This document shows positions 42,910 to 51,609 of a stretch of 64,000 nucleotides of DNA, in pieces. The DNA is from Dehalococcoidia bacterium (GTDB lineage: Bacteria; Chloroflexota; Dehalococcoidia; Lucifugimonadales; UBA3495). The notes beneath the pieces were generated by a model. That model saw only the letters and a program-made list of their open reading frames with translations. It was not told where the DNA came from and did no database searches. How positions within the stretch are numbered: position 1 is the first letter of the stretch; each line of letters starts with the position of its first letter. The translations under genes and the position numbers were made by a program. The DNA is taken from contig CBDBMH010000002.1 of assembly GCA_965207275.1 (NCBI GenBank), positions 465,291 through 529,290 on the forward strand, written 5' to 3'.

Positions 42910-45396
42910 CTAGTGCAGCGCCTCCACGATGGTGCTCACGTTGTAGCGCATGAAGTCCAGGTAATTTCCTGCTTCACCGCCTTCTTCGCCCAGCGAACCG
43001 GTGTAGAGCGTGCCCACCAACTCCGCCCCCGTCTCATCAGCAATCTGGCGGGCCAGCCGGTCAGATGCTTGCTTCTCTGCAAAGACGGCCTTCGTGCCCG
43101 AGTGCTCAATGGCTTCCACCAACTCGGCCAGATCCCGGGCCGAAGCCTCTACCTCGGTGGTTATGGACGGGATTATGGCCCCCACAACTTCGAAATCGTA
43201 GCGCTGGGCAAAGTACTGGTACGCGTCGTGGTTGGTTACAATCAAGCGCTGGTCGTGGGGGAGGACGGCTACCTCGCCCTCGATCCAGCTGTGAAGCTCG
43301 TCCAGCTGCGCGCTGTACGCCGCCGCATTGTCCCGGTAGAAGGTCTGCCCCTCCGGGTCCAGGCCCGAAAGGTAGGCGGCAATGCTATTCACTGCCACTT
43401 TCACCCTGATGGGGTCAAACCAGAAGTGGGGGTCATGCTCGCCGTGGTGGTGGTCGTGGTGTCCGCCCTCTTCCATATGCCCGGCCTCACCATGCCCGGC
43501 CTCCTCGTGGTCGTGGCCCTCCTCTTCGTGCCCCGCCTCCTGGTGGCCTTCCGTTTCACCATGGATGCCTACAAAGGCTATCTTGGTCGGATTGCCGGCT
43601 ATGTCCCAGTGGTCAACCTCTTCCAGGTCATGATCATCCAGTTGCAGGACATGCCCGCCCACCGAGTCGGTCACGAAGATGGCTCCCGGCGCCATGGCGA
43701 TGTGCGGCCGACCCCAGAACCCGGTTTCCACCGGCGTGGTCAGAGCGTCGCTGTTGGTGGCAATTATGTCCCCGTCGTGCAGGTCATAAAGTCGAATTTC
43801 TCCGCTGCTCATTACAACGACCGCTTGTTCCCCGTCCCGGGAAAGGGCTGCCTGAATGGGTGAATTGCCCTCTACGGCGTCGATCAACTGCTCCATTTCA
43901 CCCTCTTCCGGTTCCACTAGGTACAGGCCCACCGCCGAACCCAGGGCAAGGAAGTGGTCTGATCCTGAGGCGGCCCAGACCGTGGTCAGCCGGAAGTCTT
44001 CCGGTTCCCCTTCGGGCGCCGAAATGAAAGAGTGGTGGAAATGGCCGTGGTCAGCCTCCACCGCCAGCACGCCGCCAGCACAGCCGAATACGGCAATGTG
44101 GCCATTGCCGGCGTCCCCGTGCAGGCTGGGGCAGTCTCCGGCGGAGTAGAGGATGTTTCCGGCGAGGTCGCGTATGTCAACGGTGATGGGCAGCCGGTAC
44201 TGTTCCGGGTTCGACGCATAGTCGGGATGCTGCGGCGTGATGGCAAACAGGTCGTGTGCCAGGGGTACTGCCGCCCCATGCTGCGGTCCCGCGTTTTGAA
44301 TTACCGGCTGATAACTGGCGCCCTCTTCTTCCAGTTCGTGCTCGTTAATGAGCGCCACGTCTCCCGAACCGTCGTAGTAAATGGCCGCCCACTCGTCCCC
44401 TACGTACAGGTGGACGGGCCGGTCGCCCGACAAGTCCAGCCCTATCGGTTCGGCTTCCCCGTTCACCAGGTCAAAATGCCCTTCGTGGGGTTCCAGGTAG
44501 GTGCCCCCGTCAATGATGTGCACCATGTTGGCGTCGGAGGCCACCGCGATGGCGAAGCGGCCGCTCTTGGTGGCGTAAATGCGCCCGGCCCGGCTCCCCA
44601 TGTCAAAGGCGTTTTGCTCCACGTGGCCGTGGTCCAGTTCGATGATGGACATGTCGCCGGTCTCGCCGTCGCCGATCAGCAGTTTGCCCAGCAGTGTGGT
44701 CATTTCCTCGTGGCCGTGCTCGTCATGGCCGTGCTCCTCGTGACCATGTTCGTCGGCGTGCTCATCGCCGTGGTCGTCATGGTGGTCCTCAAATAGCTCC
44801 ACGAAGTCGATGGGGTCAACTTCTTCCCCAATTTCCACTATCGCGTGGGGATCCCTGGCTGCATTTTCCACCAGGTCCGTCAGCCACCCCGCCTCCAGCG
44901 ACAGTCCGATGCTCAACACCAGGTCAGCGTCAGCTACCTGGGCTATGTCCTGAGCGCCCGGCTGGAATGTGTGCGGATCGGCATTGGCCGGCAGCAAGGA
45001 AAATACCTCCACCCGGTCCTGCCCTACGGCACGCACCCAGTCGCCCATAATGTTGCTGGTGGTAACCACCCTGACTTTTTCCACTGCCGCTACCGGCTGG
45101 GCGGCCGGCGTCGTATTGGTGGCCTGGGCCGGCGCCGTTACCTGGGGTTGCGCCGCCGCTGCCGGCTGGGATGCGGGCGAGGCGCTCGCCGCCGGCTGAC
45201 TCGCTGGTTGCGCCGCTGCCTGGCTCGCTGGTTGCGCCGCCGCCTGGCTTGCTGGCTGGGCGGCCGGTTGCGCTGCGGCCTGACCTGCCGGCTGGGCCGC
45301 CGGCTGCGAAGCCGGTTCCTCACTGCTGCACGCCACGACCATCAACAGGGTGGCGGCCAGCATTGGAATCAGAATTTTGAGTAACTTTCCTGGCAT
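42910..45396 (-). CDS. ZnuA/TroA-type metal-binding lipoprotein with a ~400-aa domain inserted at the His-rich loop
   Basis: The lipobox is 'LLMVVAC', followed by an 'AAQPASQ' repeat linker. The ZnuA N-lobe reads 'VVTTSNIMGDWVRAV...ANADPHTFQP'. Next comes a His/Asp/Glu tract 'HHDDHGDEHADEHGHEEHGHDEHGHEE', an insert of about 400 aa, then a second tract 'GHQEAGHEEEGHDHEEAGHGEAGHMEEGGHHDHHHGEHDPH'. The ZnuA C-lobe reads 'FWFDP...VTNHDAYQYFAQRY'. Confidence 0.8.
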   Translation of the reverse strand: MPGKLLKILIPMLAATLLMVVACSSEEPASQPAAQPAGQAAAQPAAQPASQAAAQPASQAAAQPASQPAASASPASQPAAAAQPQVTAPAQATNTTPAAQPVAAVEKVRVVTTSNIMGDWVRAVGQDRVEVFSLLPANADPHTFQPGAQDIAQVADADLVLSIGLSLEAGWLTDLVENAARDPHAIVEIGEEVDPIDFVELFEDHHDDHGDEHADEHGHEEHGHDEHGHEEMTTLLGKLLIGDGETGDMSIIELDHGHVEQNAFDMGSRAGRIYATKSGRFAIAVASDANMVHIIDGGTYLEPHEGHFDLVNGEAEPIGLDLSGDRPVHLYVGDEWAAIYYDGSGDVALINEHELEEEGASYQPVIQNAGPQHGAAVPLAHDLFAITPQHPDYASNPEQYRLPITVDIRDLAGNILYSAGDCPSLHGDAGNGHIAVFGCAGGVLAVEADHGHFHHSFISAPEGEPEDFRLTTVWAASGSDHFLALGSAVGLYLVEPEEGEMEQLIDAVEGNSPIQAALSRDGEQAVVVMSSGEIRLYDLHDGDIIATNSDALTTPVETGFWGRPHIAMAPGAIFVTDSVGGHVLQLDDHDLEEVDHWDIAGNPTKIAFVGIHGETEGHQEAGHEEEGHDHEEAGHGEAGHMEEGGHHDHHHGEHDPHFWFDPIRVKVAVNSIAAYLSGLDPEGQTFYRDNAAAYSAQLDELHSWIEGEVAVLPHDQRLIVTNHDAYQYFAQRYDFEVVGAIIPSITTEVEASARDLAELVEAIEHSGTKAVFAEKQASDRLARQIADETGAELVGTLYTGSLGEEGGEAGNYLDFMRYNVSTIVEALH

Positions 45397-45706
45397 CTGG
45401 TTTTCCTCCCACTAGAGTGTTTGTTCCTGGTCCATATTGAGAATCAATCTCTTTTCAAGTCGCTTAACTCTGACCGGCGCTGATGCAGCAAATTTTGAAA
45501 CTTACAATCACTTGTCTTTTGCCTCTGGTAAGCAAGAGCATGCCTATCCTCGCCAACTATTTATACTAAATCTCAATAATAATGCGGAAAGAACTTTATA
45601 TCAATTGATAATGCCTTTGTCAATACTTGATCGCAGTTGGGCAGCGTCCCCTATTGGGTGGTTGGGAGGCCGCATTCGCATAGGGCTGCCCCATTCGGAC
45701 CTGTCC

Positions 45707-45746
45707 GCCCTGGTCCCACCCACGAAACCACCTGAATCGAAACGCT
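45707..45746 (+). repeat. family-4 repeat (GCCCTGGTCyCACCCACGAAACCACCT...GAACGCT)
   Basis: GCCCTGGTCCCACCCACGAAACCACCTGAATCGAAACGCT. The second copy is at 51347-51386. Confidence 0.7.
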
Positions 45747-45765
45747 GCCTGGCCGTTCCAGACCT

Positions 45766-45795
45766 TTGCAAACACGCGTCGCCTTCCGCTATAAT
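45766..45795 (+). promoter_or_regulatory. strong sigma70-type promoter with no adjacent gene
   Basis: TTGCAA (45766-45771), an 18-bp spacer, then TATAAT (45790-45795). The next credible plus-strand CDS starts about 490 nt downstream. Confidence 0.4.
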
Positions 45796-46292
45796 GCGCC
45801 CCGCTCTGTACTGGGCTCCGGCATGTACCCGACCACTGCCAGCTATTCCCCCATGCGAAGGACGGGATTTGCCGGGTATCCAGGCAGTTCCCGACCGGGG
45901 TCCGGCGACCTGCACAGGACCCTTCACACCTCGGCTGACTTTCGGGAGTGCGGCTGCCATGATTCATCCCTCCTGCCTCGTCATCGCCACCGCGGTTTCG
46001 GTTCCGTCACTGGCGTCTGTCGTCCGTGGCGCCGAGGCCGGTGATGGCCGCCCGTCGCCCACCTGCCTTCCTGGCTTCAGGGAATCGGTCAGCAGCGTCA
46101 GCGGGCCAGGCCTGCCAGCCCCCGTCGACTCCGTGACTCTCGGCAATTCCCCAAACTGGAATCGGGAGATCGAGGAGTATCGTTCCCCCTCCGGAGCCGC
46201 GCCCAGTTTCAAGAACCCCCCGTTTAGCTTGAGAGGCGCGATCCCGACCCAGGCTTGCTGGCCTGGCCCGTTGCCGAAATGGGACTTTGCTG

Positions 46293-46793
46293 ATGCGTGA
46301 AGAGAGAATTGCGGCGACGGCGTGGCGGTTGCGGGCCGCCCTGCTATGGCTGGTCTTTATCGGGATAGTGGGATTGGCCGTCATATTGGCCTTTGAGCGG
46401 CACTGGGACGGCTACTGGCAGTTGGTGCCCTGGGCGGTCCTGGGCCTGATATTTTTCTCCTTTATGGCCCTGGTGCTTATCCCGTCCTCTGCCACCAGGA
46501 ACCTGGCCCATCTGGTCGCCGCCGCCGCCATAATTTCCTCCTGCCTGGGCCTGTGGCAGCACTTTGACTCGAACTACGAGGCGGCATCCCGCGCCTCCAA
46601 TTACGCCCAGCGCTGGGACGATATGGGCCTTGTTGACCGGGTATGGGAAGTTGCCTCTGGGTCGGTGGGCGACGTTCCCATCTACGCGGCTGCAGCCCTC
46701 ATCCCCATTGCCCTCGCCTTGTCCATGTGCACCATCGGCATCGGTCACCGCGATAGTCCCGACGAATACGTGGACCCTCGCCAGCGCCGCTAA
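46293..46793 (+). CDS. hypothetical membrane protein (about 4 TM)
   Basis: Hydrophobic segments include 'LLWLVFIGIVGLAVILAF', 'VPWAVLGLIFFSFMALVLI', 'LVAAAAIISSCLGLW' and 'IYAAAALIPIALALSMCTI'. The start is ATG 46293 or TTG 46287. Confidence 0.6.
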   Translation: MREERIAATAWRLRAALLWLVFIGIVGLAVILAFERHWDGYWQLVPWAVLGLIFFSFMALVLIPSSATRNLAHLVAAAAIISSCLGLWQHFDSNYEAASRASNYAQRWDDMGLVDRVWEVASGSVGDVPIYAAAALIPIALALSMCTIGIGHRDSPDEYVDPRQRR

Positions 46794-47104
46794 AAAGATC
46801 ATCCCCGGGCCGCTTGCCTCGAGCCTGTCGCGGAATCCTTTGCCTCAGGATGCGCCTTCGGTGAATGGCTGACGGTATTTGAAATAGTCCGCCAGAGTCG
46901 ATCCCCAAACCTGGCGCCGATGCTGAACTGGACGACGGCGGGGGATTCATTGCTCTTGCTGCATTACCCCAACCCTTGCCGCAAAACCCTGGTTGTTATA
47001 CCCTTGCCGCGATACCATGTCTCTTGCCGCGGTAATCCTGCGGCAATTTATAGCAGCGAGCCAAGGGCCCGGAATTCCGGGCCGCGTTTAAAGGAGGCAA
47101 TTAA

Positions 47105-48070
47105 ATGGCTACCTGGAAAGTCGCTTATTTCAGCGGCGTTGGTGGACGCCCTTCCACCATGCTTGAAAACGCCCCGGACAACATCGAGGTTACGGTGGTG
47201 GACCCGGCTCTGCCCGAGTCGGAGAAAATCGATCTTTGCCGCGACGCCGACGCCCTCATCACCAGCGACGTCAGCACCAACGTGCTGCAAGAGTGCCCCC
47301 GCGTAAAACTGGTCCAGACCCTGAGCGCGGGCTACGACCGGCTGGACCTGGAGGCCATCCTTGAAATGGGCATACCCGTGGCCAACAACGGCGGCGCCAA
47401 CGCCATTTCGGTGTCGGAGCAGACCATTGCCCTGATGATCGGCATCAACCGGAACCTGATGGCCCAATGGGACAGCACCACCCGACGGCGCGAGTGGCGA
47501 AGCGACCTCTACCAGACCGACCTCTCGGAAGTTACCGACAAGACGGTCGGCATCGTGGGGTTGGGACGCATCGGCCGCCAGGTGGCCAAACGGCTGACCG
47601 GATTCGATACCCGGACCATCTTTTACGACGTGGAGGATATTCCGGAGGATGTTCAACGCGAGGTCAAGGCGTCGCCCGTGCCCTTTGACGAATTGCTGGA
47701 GACCTCCGACATCGTCAGCCTCCATGTTCCCCTCACCAGGCGGACTCGGGGCATGATGTCGGACCGGGAATTTGGGATGATGAAGGACACCGCCTTCCTG
47801 ATCAACCTCTGCCGGGGGCCGGTGGTCGACGAGGCGGCGCTGTATCGCGCCTTGACCGGGGGGAAGATTGCCGGCGCCGGACTGGACGTTCTGGAAATGG
47901 AGCCCACGCCCGCCGACAATCCCCTGTTCGATCTGGACAACGTGATCATTACCCCGCACATGGCCGGTCAGAGCCAGGAAACCGCCCTGCGGGCAGCCCA
48001 CTTCGCCTACGGAAATATCCTCCGCGTGTTGTCGGGGCAGGAGGCCGAGTCCCTGGTAACCCCGGAGTAG
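47105..48070 (+). CDS. D-isomer-specific 2-hydroxyacid dehydrogenase family protein
   Basis: NAD-binding site 'VGIVGLGRIGRQVAKRL', 'NLCRGPVVDE' and 'ITPHMAG'. AGGAGG lies upstream. Confidence 0.85.
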   Translation: MATWKVAYFSGVGGRPSTMLENAPDNIEVTVVDPALPESEKIDLCRDADALITSDVSTNVLQECPRVKLVQTLSAGYDRLDLEAILEMGIPVANNGGANAISVSEQTIALMIGINRNLMAQWDSTTRRREWRSDLYQTDLSEVTDKTVGIVGLGRIGRQVAKRLTGFDTRTIFYDVEDIPEDVQREVKASPVPFDELLETSDIVSLHVPLTRRTRGMMSDREFGMMKDTAFLINLCRGPVVDEAALYRALTGGKIAGAGLDVLEMEPTPADNPLFDLDNVIITPHMAGQSQETALRAAHFAYGNILRVLSGQEAESLVTPE

Positions 48071-48258
48071 CCCTCAACAGTCCGGTCGTCCGGTGGCAAC
48101 CCCAGGCCAGTCGCTAGTTGGCTTGCACGTTGGCTGGGAGGACAATCCGTCGTTCCCGTCCGCCGCGGCGGGCGGGAACCTCGTTGTCGAGAAGTGCGCG
48201 GAGCCGGTTGGTATATTCCAGGTCGTTGGCCCAACTTTCCGGATAGGAGCGGTACAGC

Positions 48259-49068
48259 ATGAGCGCCATTGAAGCCTGGGGCGAAATGGTGCGCGTTGAG
48301 CACGCGCAGTCGGACAGGATGCGTGGGGCCCGCCCCGCCGATACCTGGCGCCAGCATGCGTCCCGGTTCCGGGCCGATCCCCACCGTACCGGCGATTCCC
48401 AGGTGGAGGCCATCCGCTCCCACCTGCGTCCCGACGACACGCTGCTCGACGTTGGCGCCGGCGGCGGCCGGTTGGCCCTCCCCCTGGCCCTGTCCTGCCG
48501 TCACGTCACCGCCGTCGAGCCTTCCCCCAGCATGGGTTCCGTGCTGCGAGAAACCGCCCGGGATTACGGCATCGAAAACGTTTCCCTGGTCGAGTCGGGT
48601 TGGCTGGATGCCCGGGTCGACCCCGCGGATGTGGTCCTCTGTTGCAACGTGGTTTACGTAATCCAGGACATCGGGGATTTTGTCCGCAAGTTGCACCGGC
48701 ACGCTGAACGCGCCGTGCTGATGGTCATTTTCCAGACATCTCCGTTGGCCCAGGTTCGCGACCTGTGGGAGCAGGTCCACGGCGAGCCCCGGCATCTCTT
48801 GCCTTCCCTGCCCCAGTTCCTTCCTGTGCTGGACGAGCTGGGCATTTCATGCAATACCACCGAGTTGGAACCGCAGCCGTTACGGGTGTATCCCAGCCCG
48901 GCGGAAGCGCGGGATGACATCGCCAGCCGGTTGTTTATCCCCGAGGGCGCCGAGGCTATGGAACGCCTGGAGCGAGCCCTGGAAACTTCGCTCCTGGAAC
49001 GGGATGGACAGTGGCATGTCGCGGGAACGGAGCCCGCCCGCCCCTTCCTGGTCTCCTGGGAGACCTAG
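48259..49068 (+). CDS. class I SAM-dependent methyltransferase
   Basis: Motif I 'TLLDVGAGGGRLALPLA' and post-I 'VTAVEPS'. Confidence 0.75.
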   Translation: MSAIEAWGEMVRVEHAQSDRMRGARPADTWRQHASRFRADPHRTGDSQVEAIRSHLRPDDTLLDVGAGGGRLALPLALSCRHVTAVEPSPSMGSVLRETARDYGIENVSLVESGWLDARVDPADVVLCCNVVYVIQDIGDFVRKLHRHAERAVLMVIFQTSPLAQVRDLWEQVHGEPRHLLPSLPQFLPVLDELGISCNTTELEPQPLRVYPSPAEARDDIASRLFIPEGAEAMERLERALETSLLERDGQWHVAGTEPARPFLVSWET

Positions 49069-49210
49069 GGGAGCCTGCCTGGAAAATTCCGTAAGGACAG
49101 ACCTGTGTGTCCGCCCGGTCTCAGCCACGGAACGACCCCACACGGAACCCTTACCCTCCGCAGCGTCTCCCCTTTCCTTCAGGCAGCGGGACCACGTTTA
49201 CGGAAGGCCC

Positions 49211-50128
49211 CTAACCGTCCACCCTCGGCATCACGTCCTCCACCAGCGCATCCATCGAGTCCAACAACTGTTGCAGGCTGCCGCACCCGTTGAAGTTAAT
49301 CTGGAATTGCTCCAGCCCCGCCTCCTGCCGGTAACGCGTAATATCCGAAGCCACCTCCTCCGGCTTCCCCTGGCCTGTGGGACGCTCCCCGCTTCCGCTG
49401 GAACTCCCCGTAATGTGACTGAAATTCACCCGGAAGCTCATCCGGGTGGGCGGCGCCTCCTCCCGCTCAATTTCGGCGCAGTAGTCCCTCAGGTAACCCT
49501 GGTTTTTCACCAGCGTGTCCAGCGCCGTCGGAGTGGGCTGCCACACCTGCCCGAAGTGCGCCGCCCGCCGCAGCGACGCCTCGCTCGAGCCACCGATCCA
49601 CACCGGTGGATGCGGCTGCTGCAGCGGCTTGGGATATACGTACATTTTCTCAAAGGAAAAGAACCGCCCCTGGAATGTCGTCGCCCCCGGCTCCCAGCAC
49701 GCTTGCCAGATCCGCAGGTACTCGTCCGTCCGCGCCCCCCGCTGCCGGAAAGGAACCCCCAGCGCCCTGTATTCAGCCTCGTTCCAACCGGAACCCACGC
49801 CGATTATCGCCCTGCCCTGCGACATCTGGTCCAGCGTGGCAATCATCTTGGCCGTAACCACCGGGTTCCGGTAGGGCATTATCAGCACCGATGTACCCAG
49901 CATCACCCTGTTCGTCCGCGCCGCCACGTAGGCCAACGTCATCAGCGGGTCATAAACATTCCGCCACGCCTCGCTCCGCGCCGAGTCGTCCACAATGACG
50001 TGGTCATTGACGAACAGCGCGTCAAACCCCAGTTCCTCTGCCTTCACGGCGGTCTGGACTATAGCCTCCGTTGTGGCCGGAAATCCCAGGTAGTCGGCGT
50101 TGGGCAACCGAAACGAGTACTGGACCAT
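49211..50128 (-). CDS. LLM-class F420/flavin-dependent oxidoreductase
   Basis: 305-aa ORF with 'LGFDALFVNDHV', 'LDQMSQGRAIIGVGSGW' and 'HPPVWIGG'. GGAGGAG lies before the ATG. Confidence 0.85.
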   Translation of the reverse strand: MVQYSFRLPNADYLGFPATTEAIVQTAVKAEELGFDALFVNDHVIVDDSARSEAWRNVYDPLMTLAYVAARTNRVMLGTSVLIMPYRNPVVTAKMIATLDQMSQGRAIIGVGSGWNEAEYRALGVPFRQRGARTDEYLRIWQACWEPGATTFQGRFFSFEKMYVYPKPLQQPHPPVWIGGSSEASLRRAAHFGQVWQPTPTALDTLVKNQGYLRDYCAEIEREEAPPTRMSFRVNFSHITGSSSGSGERPTGQGKPEEVASDITRYRQEAGLEQFQINFNGCGSLQQLLDSMDALVEDVMPRVDG

Positions 50129-50265
50129 GGCTCCTCCCCTTGGCGGAATGACGGGTGGACAGATTGCCCGCTATCTTACCGGCAACCCTCGCTCGAAACA
50201 ACCAAACTCTGCGGAGCAACAGGGCAAACGCGCCTCAAGTGCAGGCTGATACTCTGAACCGCGGT

Positions 50266-50311
50266 CATGTTGCCCTGAGTCCGCCCTTGGCGGGGGCCCA
50301 AAATCCTGCCC
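50266..50311 (+). repeat. family-2 repeat copy
   Basis: CATGTTGCCCTGAGTCCGCCCTTGGCGGGGGCCCAAAATCCTGCCC. Confidence 0.75.
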
Positions 50312-50451
50312 ACCAGTCCGGTTCCAGGTCCGAAAGCACGTTTGTAGAACAGATTCTAGACCCTTCGGCGGGGTTCGGCCTGAGCCGGGCCGAAGGGCTC
50401 AGAGTAACAGGTCGATAAGACGGGATTGCCCTGTAATTTAGGGTACATTCA

Positions 50452-50480
50452 CTGACGCCATCGCCGTCCACTGGTATAAT
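50452..50480 (+). promoter_or_regulatory. candidate promoter with an extended -10
   Basis: CTGACG, a 17-bp spacer, then TGgTATAAT (TATAAT at 50475-50480). Next come GGGAGG and ATG 50513. Confidence 0.45.
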
Positions 50481-50512
50481 GCCGGCCAATCCCAACATTC
50501 GGGAGGCTTCGC

Positions 50513-51025
50513 ATGACTCCTCCATCCGAGCATACGAACAGGCGAAGCTCGCCACATCAGGCCTGGGGCCGACCATGGCCCATTCTGGTCCTGCTGTTTG
50601 GCTTGACGGCGCTAACCCTGGCTCTGACCGCCTGCGGCGGTTCTTCCAATACCGGTTCTCCTGATGCCACTGGCTCCACGGAGACGAATGAATGGGACGA
50701 GACGGTCACCTTCTCCGTGGGATGGCTGGATACCCAGCTCATATAAATCCCGGTTGAGAAGTGTGAGATGGTGGTATTCCATCTGGTTGCCTCAGAGAAC
50801 ATAGATGTAAGATACCGTTCTGTTAGCGACTGGTCAGACCGCCCCGATTATTGGCTATCTTCCGGCCATTGGGGAGGGCACGACGACCTGCGCACAAACG
50901 TAATGGCAGAAGAGACGGGCATCTGGACCCTGTTAGTCCACGGGGGTGATTGGTTGGGAGACAGGACGGTCGACGTCACTGTCTCGTACCGCGTGAACCC
51001 GCCCCGAAGCGGGACCACATGTTAA
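50513..51025 (+). pseudogene. small secreted lipoprotein gene interrupted by an in-frame TAA (or two short genes)
   Basis: The signal and lipobox are 'ILVLLFGLTALTLALTAC'. ORFs 50513..50746 and 50768..51025 share a frame, separated by TAA (50744-50746) plus 7 sense codons. Confidence 0.4.
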
Positions 51026-51105
51026 CTGCCTAACGACCCACCACATGTACCGCGCCACCCGGCGCCGCGCTTGCTTTTACTGACACTACCCACAACGACA
51101 CGGGA

Positions 51106-51139
51106 GAGCCGGATGCGGTGAAAGCCGCACGTCCCGTTC
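51106..51139 (+). ncRNA. group II intron domain V-like hairpin (probable intron remnant)
   Basis: GAGCCGGAUGCGGUGAAAGCCGCACGUCCCGUUC has the AGC triad with a G.U pair, a GAAA tetraloop, an AC bulge and the 3' ...CGUUC, in the canonical 34-nt layout. It has one C.C mismatch and one compensatory pair relative to the textbook consensus GAGCCGUAU...ACGUACGGUUC. Confidence 0.4.
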
Positions 51140-51346
51140 GGAAGCAGGCCGACGGAAAAGCGCTCCGCTAATGCGGGGTAACTCGCCGGTGGTCTACCTT
51201 ACTCGTGGTAAGTCGGATTAAGCGCCCGGCCGCGCAGAGGTATCCGCAGGCGGGACCTCCGCCCTCGGCAGGCGGGAACCTCGAACCTGGCAGCCGGCTT
51301 TGTATCCCTCGCCGAATTTGTAGGGGTCCGCCTCCGGCGGATGGCT

Positions 51347-51386
51347 GCCCTGGTCTCACCCACGAAACCACCTTAATAGGAACGCT
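51347..51386 (+). repeat. family-4 repeat copy
   Basis: GCCCTGGTCTCACCCACGAAACCACCTTAATAGGAACGCT. Confidence 0.7.
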
Positions 51387-51609
51387 AACCCAAATAATCT
51401 TTTATTCCCATGCTTGCCCTAGTATAATTAGCCACAGGCATCATTCATCCTTCCCATCATTCATAAAGCTATGATTTCGTTCAGGCTTGCCCCTTGAAAA
51501 TCATCCTTCCACGCTTCTTCGGTAACTATGTAACTGCCAGGTTCCAGGCGCCGCCCCACCGCCGGTGATCGCCCGCCAGCCTGGAACCGCAAACCGGGAG
51601 ACAGGTCCC

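Noticed and set aside
42375-42953. Several 70-130-aa ORFs in the spacer between the ABC ATPase gene and the ZnuA-like gene.
   Set aside because: They are translations of family-2 and family-3 palindromic repeats (for example 'VIPAKAGIQ'-type peptides), and none has an SD or a plausible start.
45800-45960. Possible cobalamin riboswitch (GGGAA / CACTGCC-like strings on either strand).
   Set aside because: The ordered core elements (GGUG..AA.CC, CCCGC..ACUG, and the B12 box AGxCAGGAxACCUGCC) are not present in the right order or spacing on either strand.
45437-46300. 287-aa plus-strand ORF, plus the 119-aa and 125-aa minus-strand ORFs in the same interval.
   Set aside because: Their composition is Pro/Ser/Gly/Arg/Cys-rich and lacks any recognisable domain. 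The plus ORF begins in the AT-rich promoter region of the divergent ZnuA-like gene. I treat the interval as non-coding or unknown (see finding).
50130-51105. Full-length (ORF-less) group II intron ending at the domain V-like hairpin.
   Set aside because: I found no GUGYG 5' end, no domain I-IV features and no reverse-transcriptase ORF. The interval instead holds repeats and a promoter-driven lipoprotein gene. Only a remnant is claimed.
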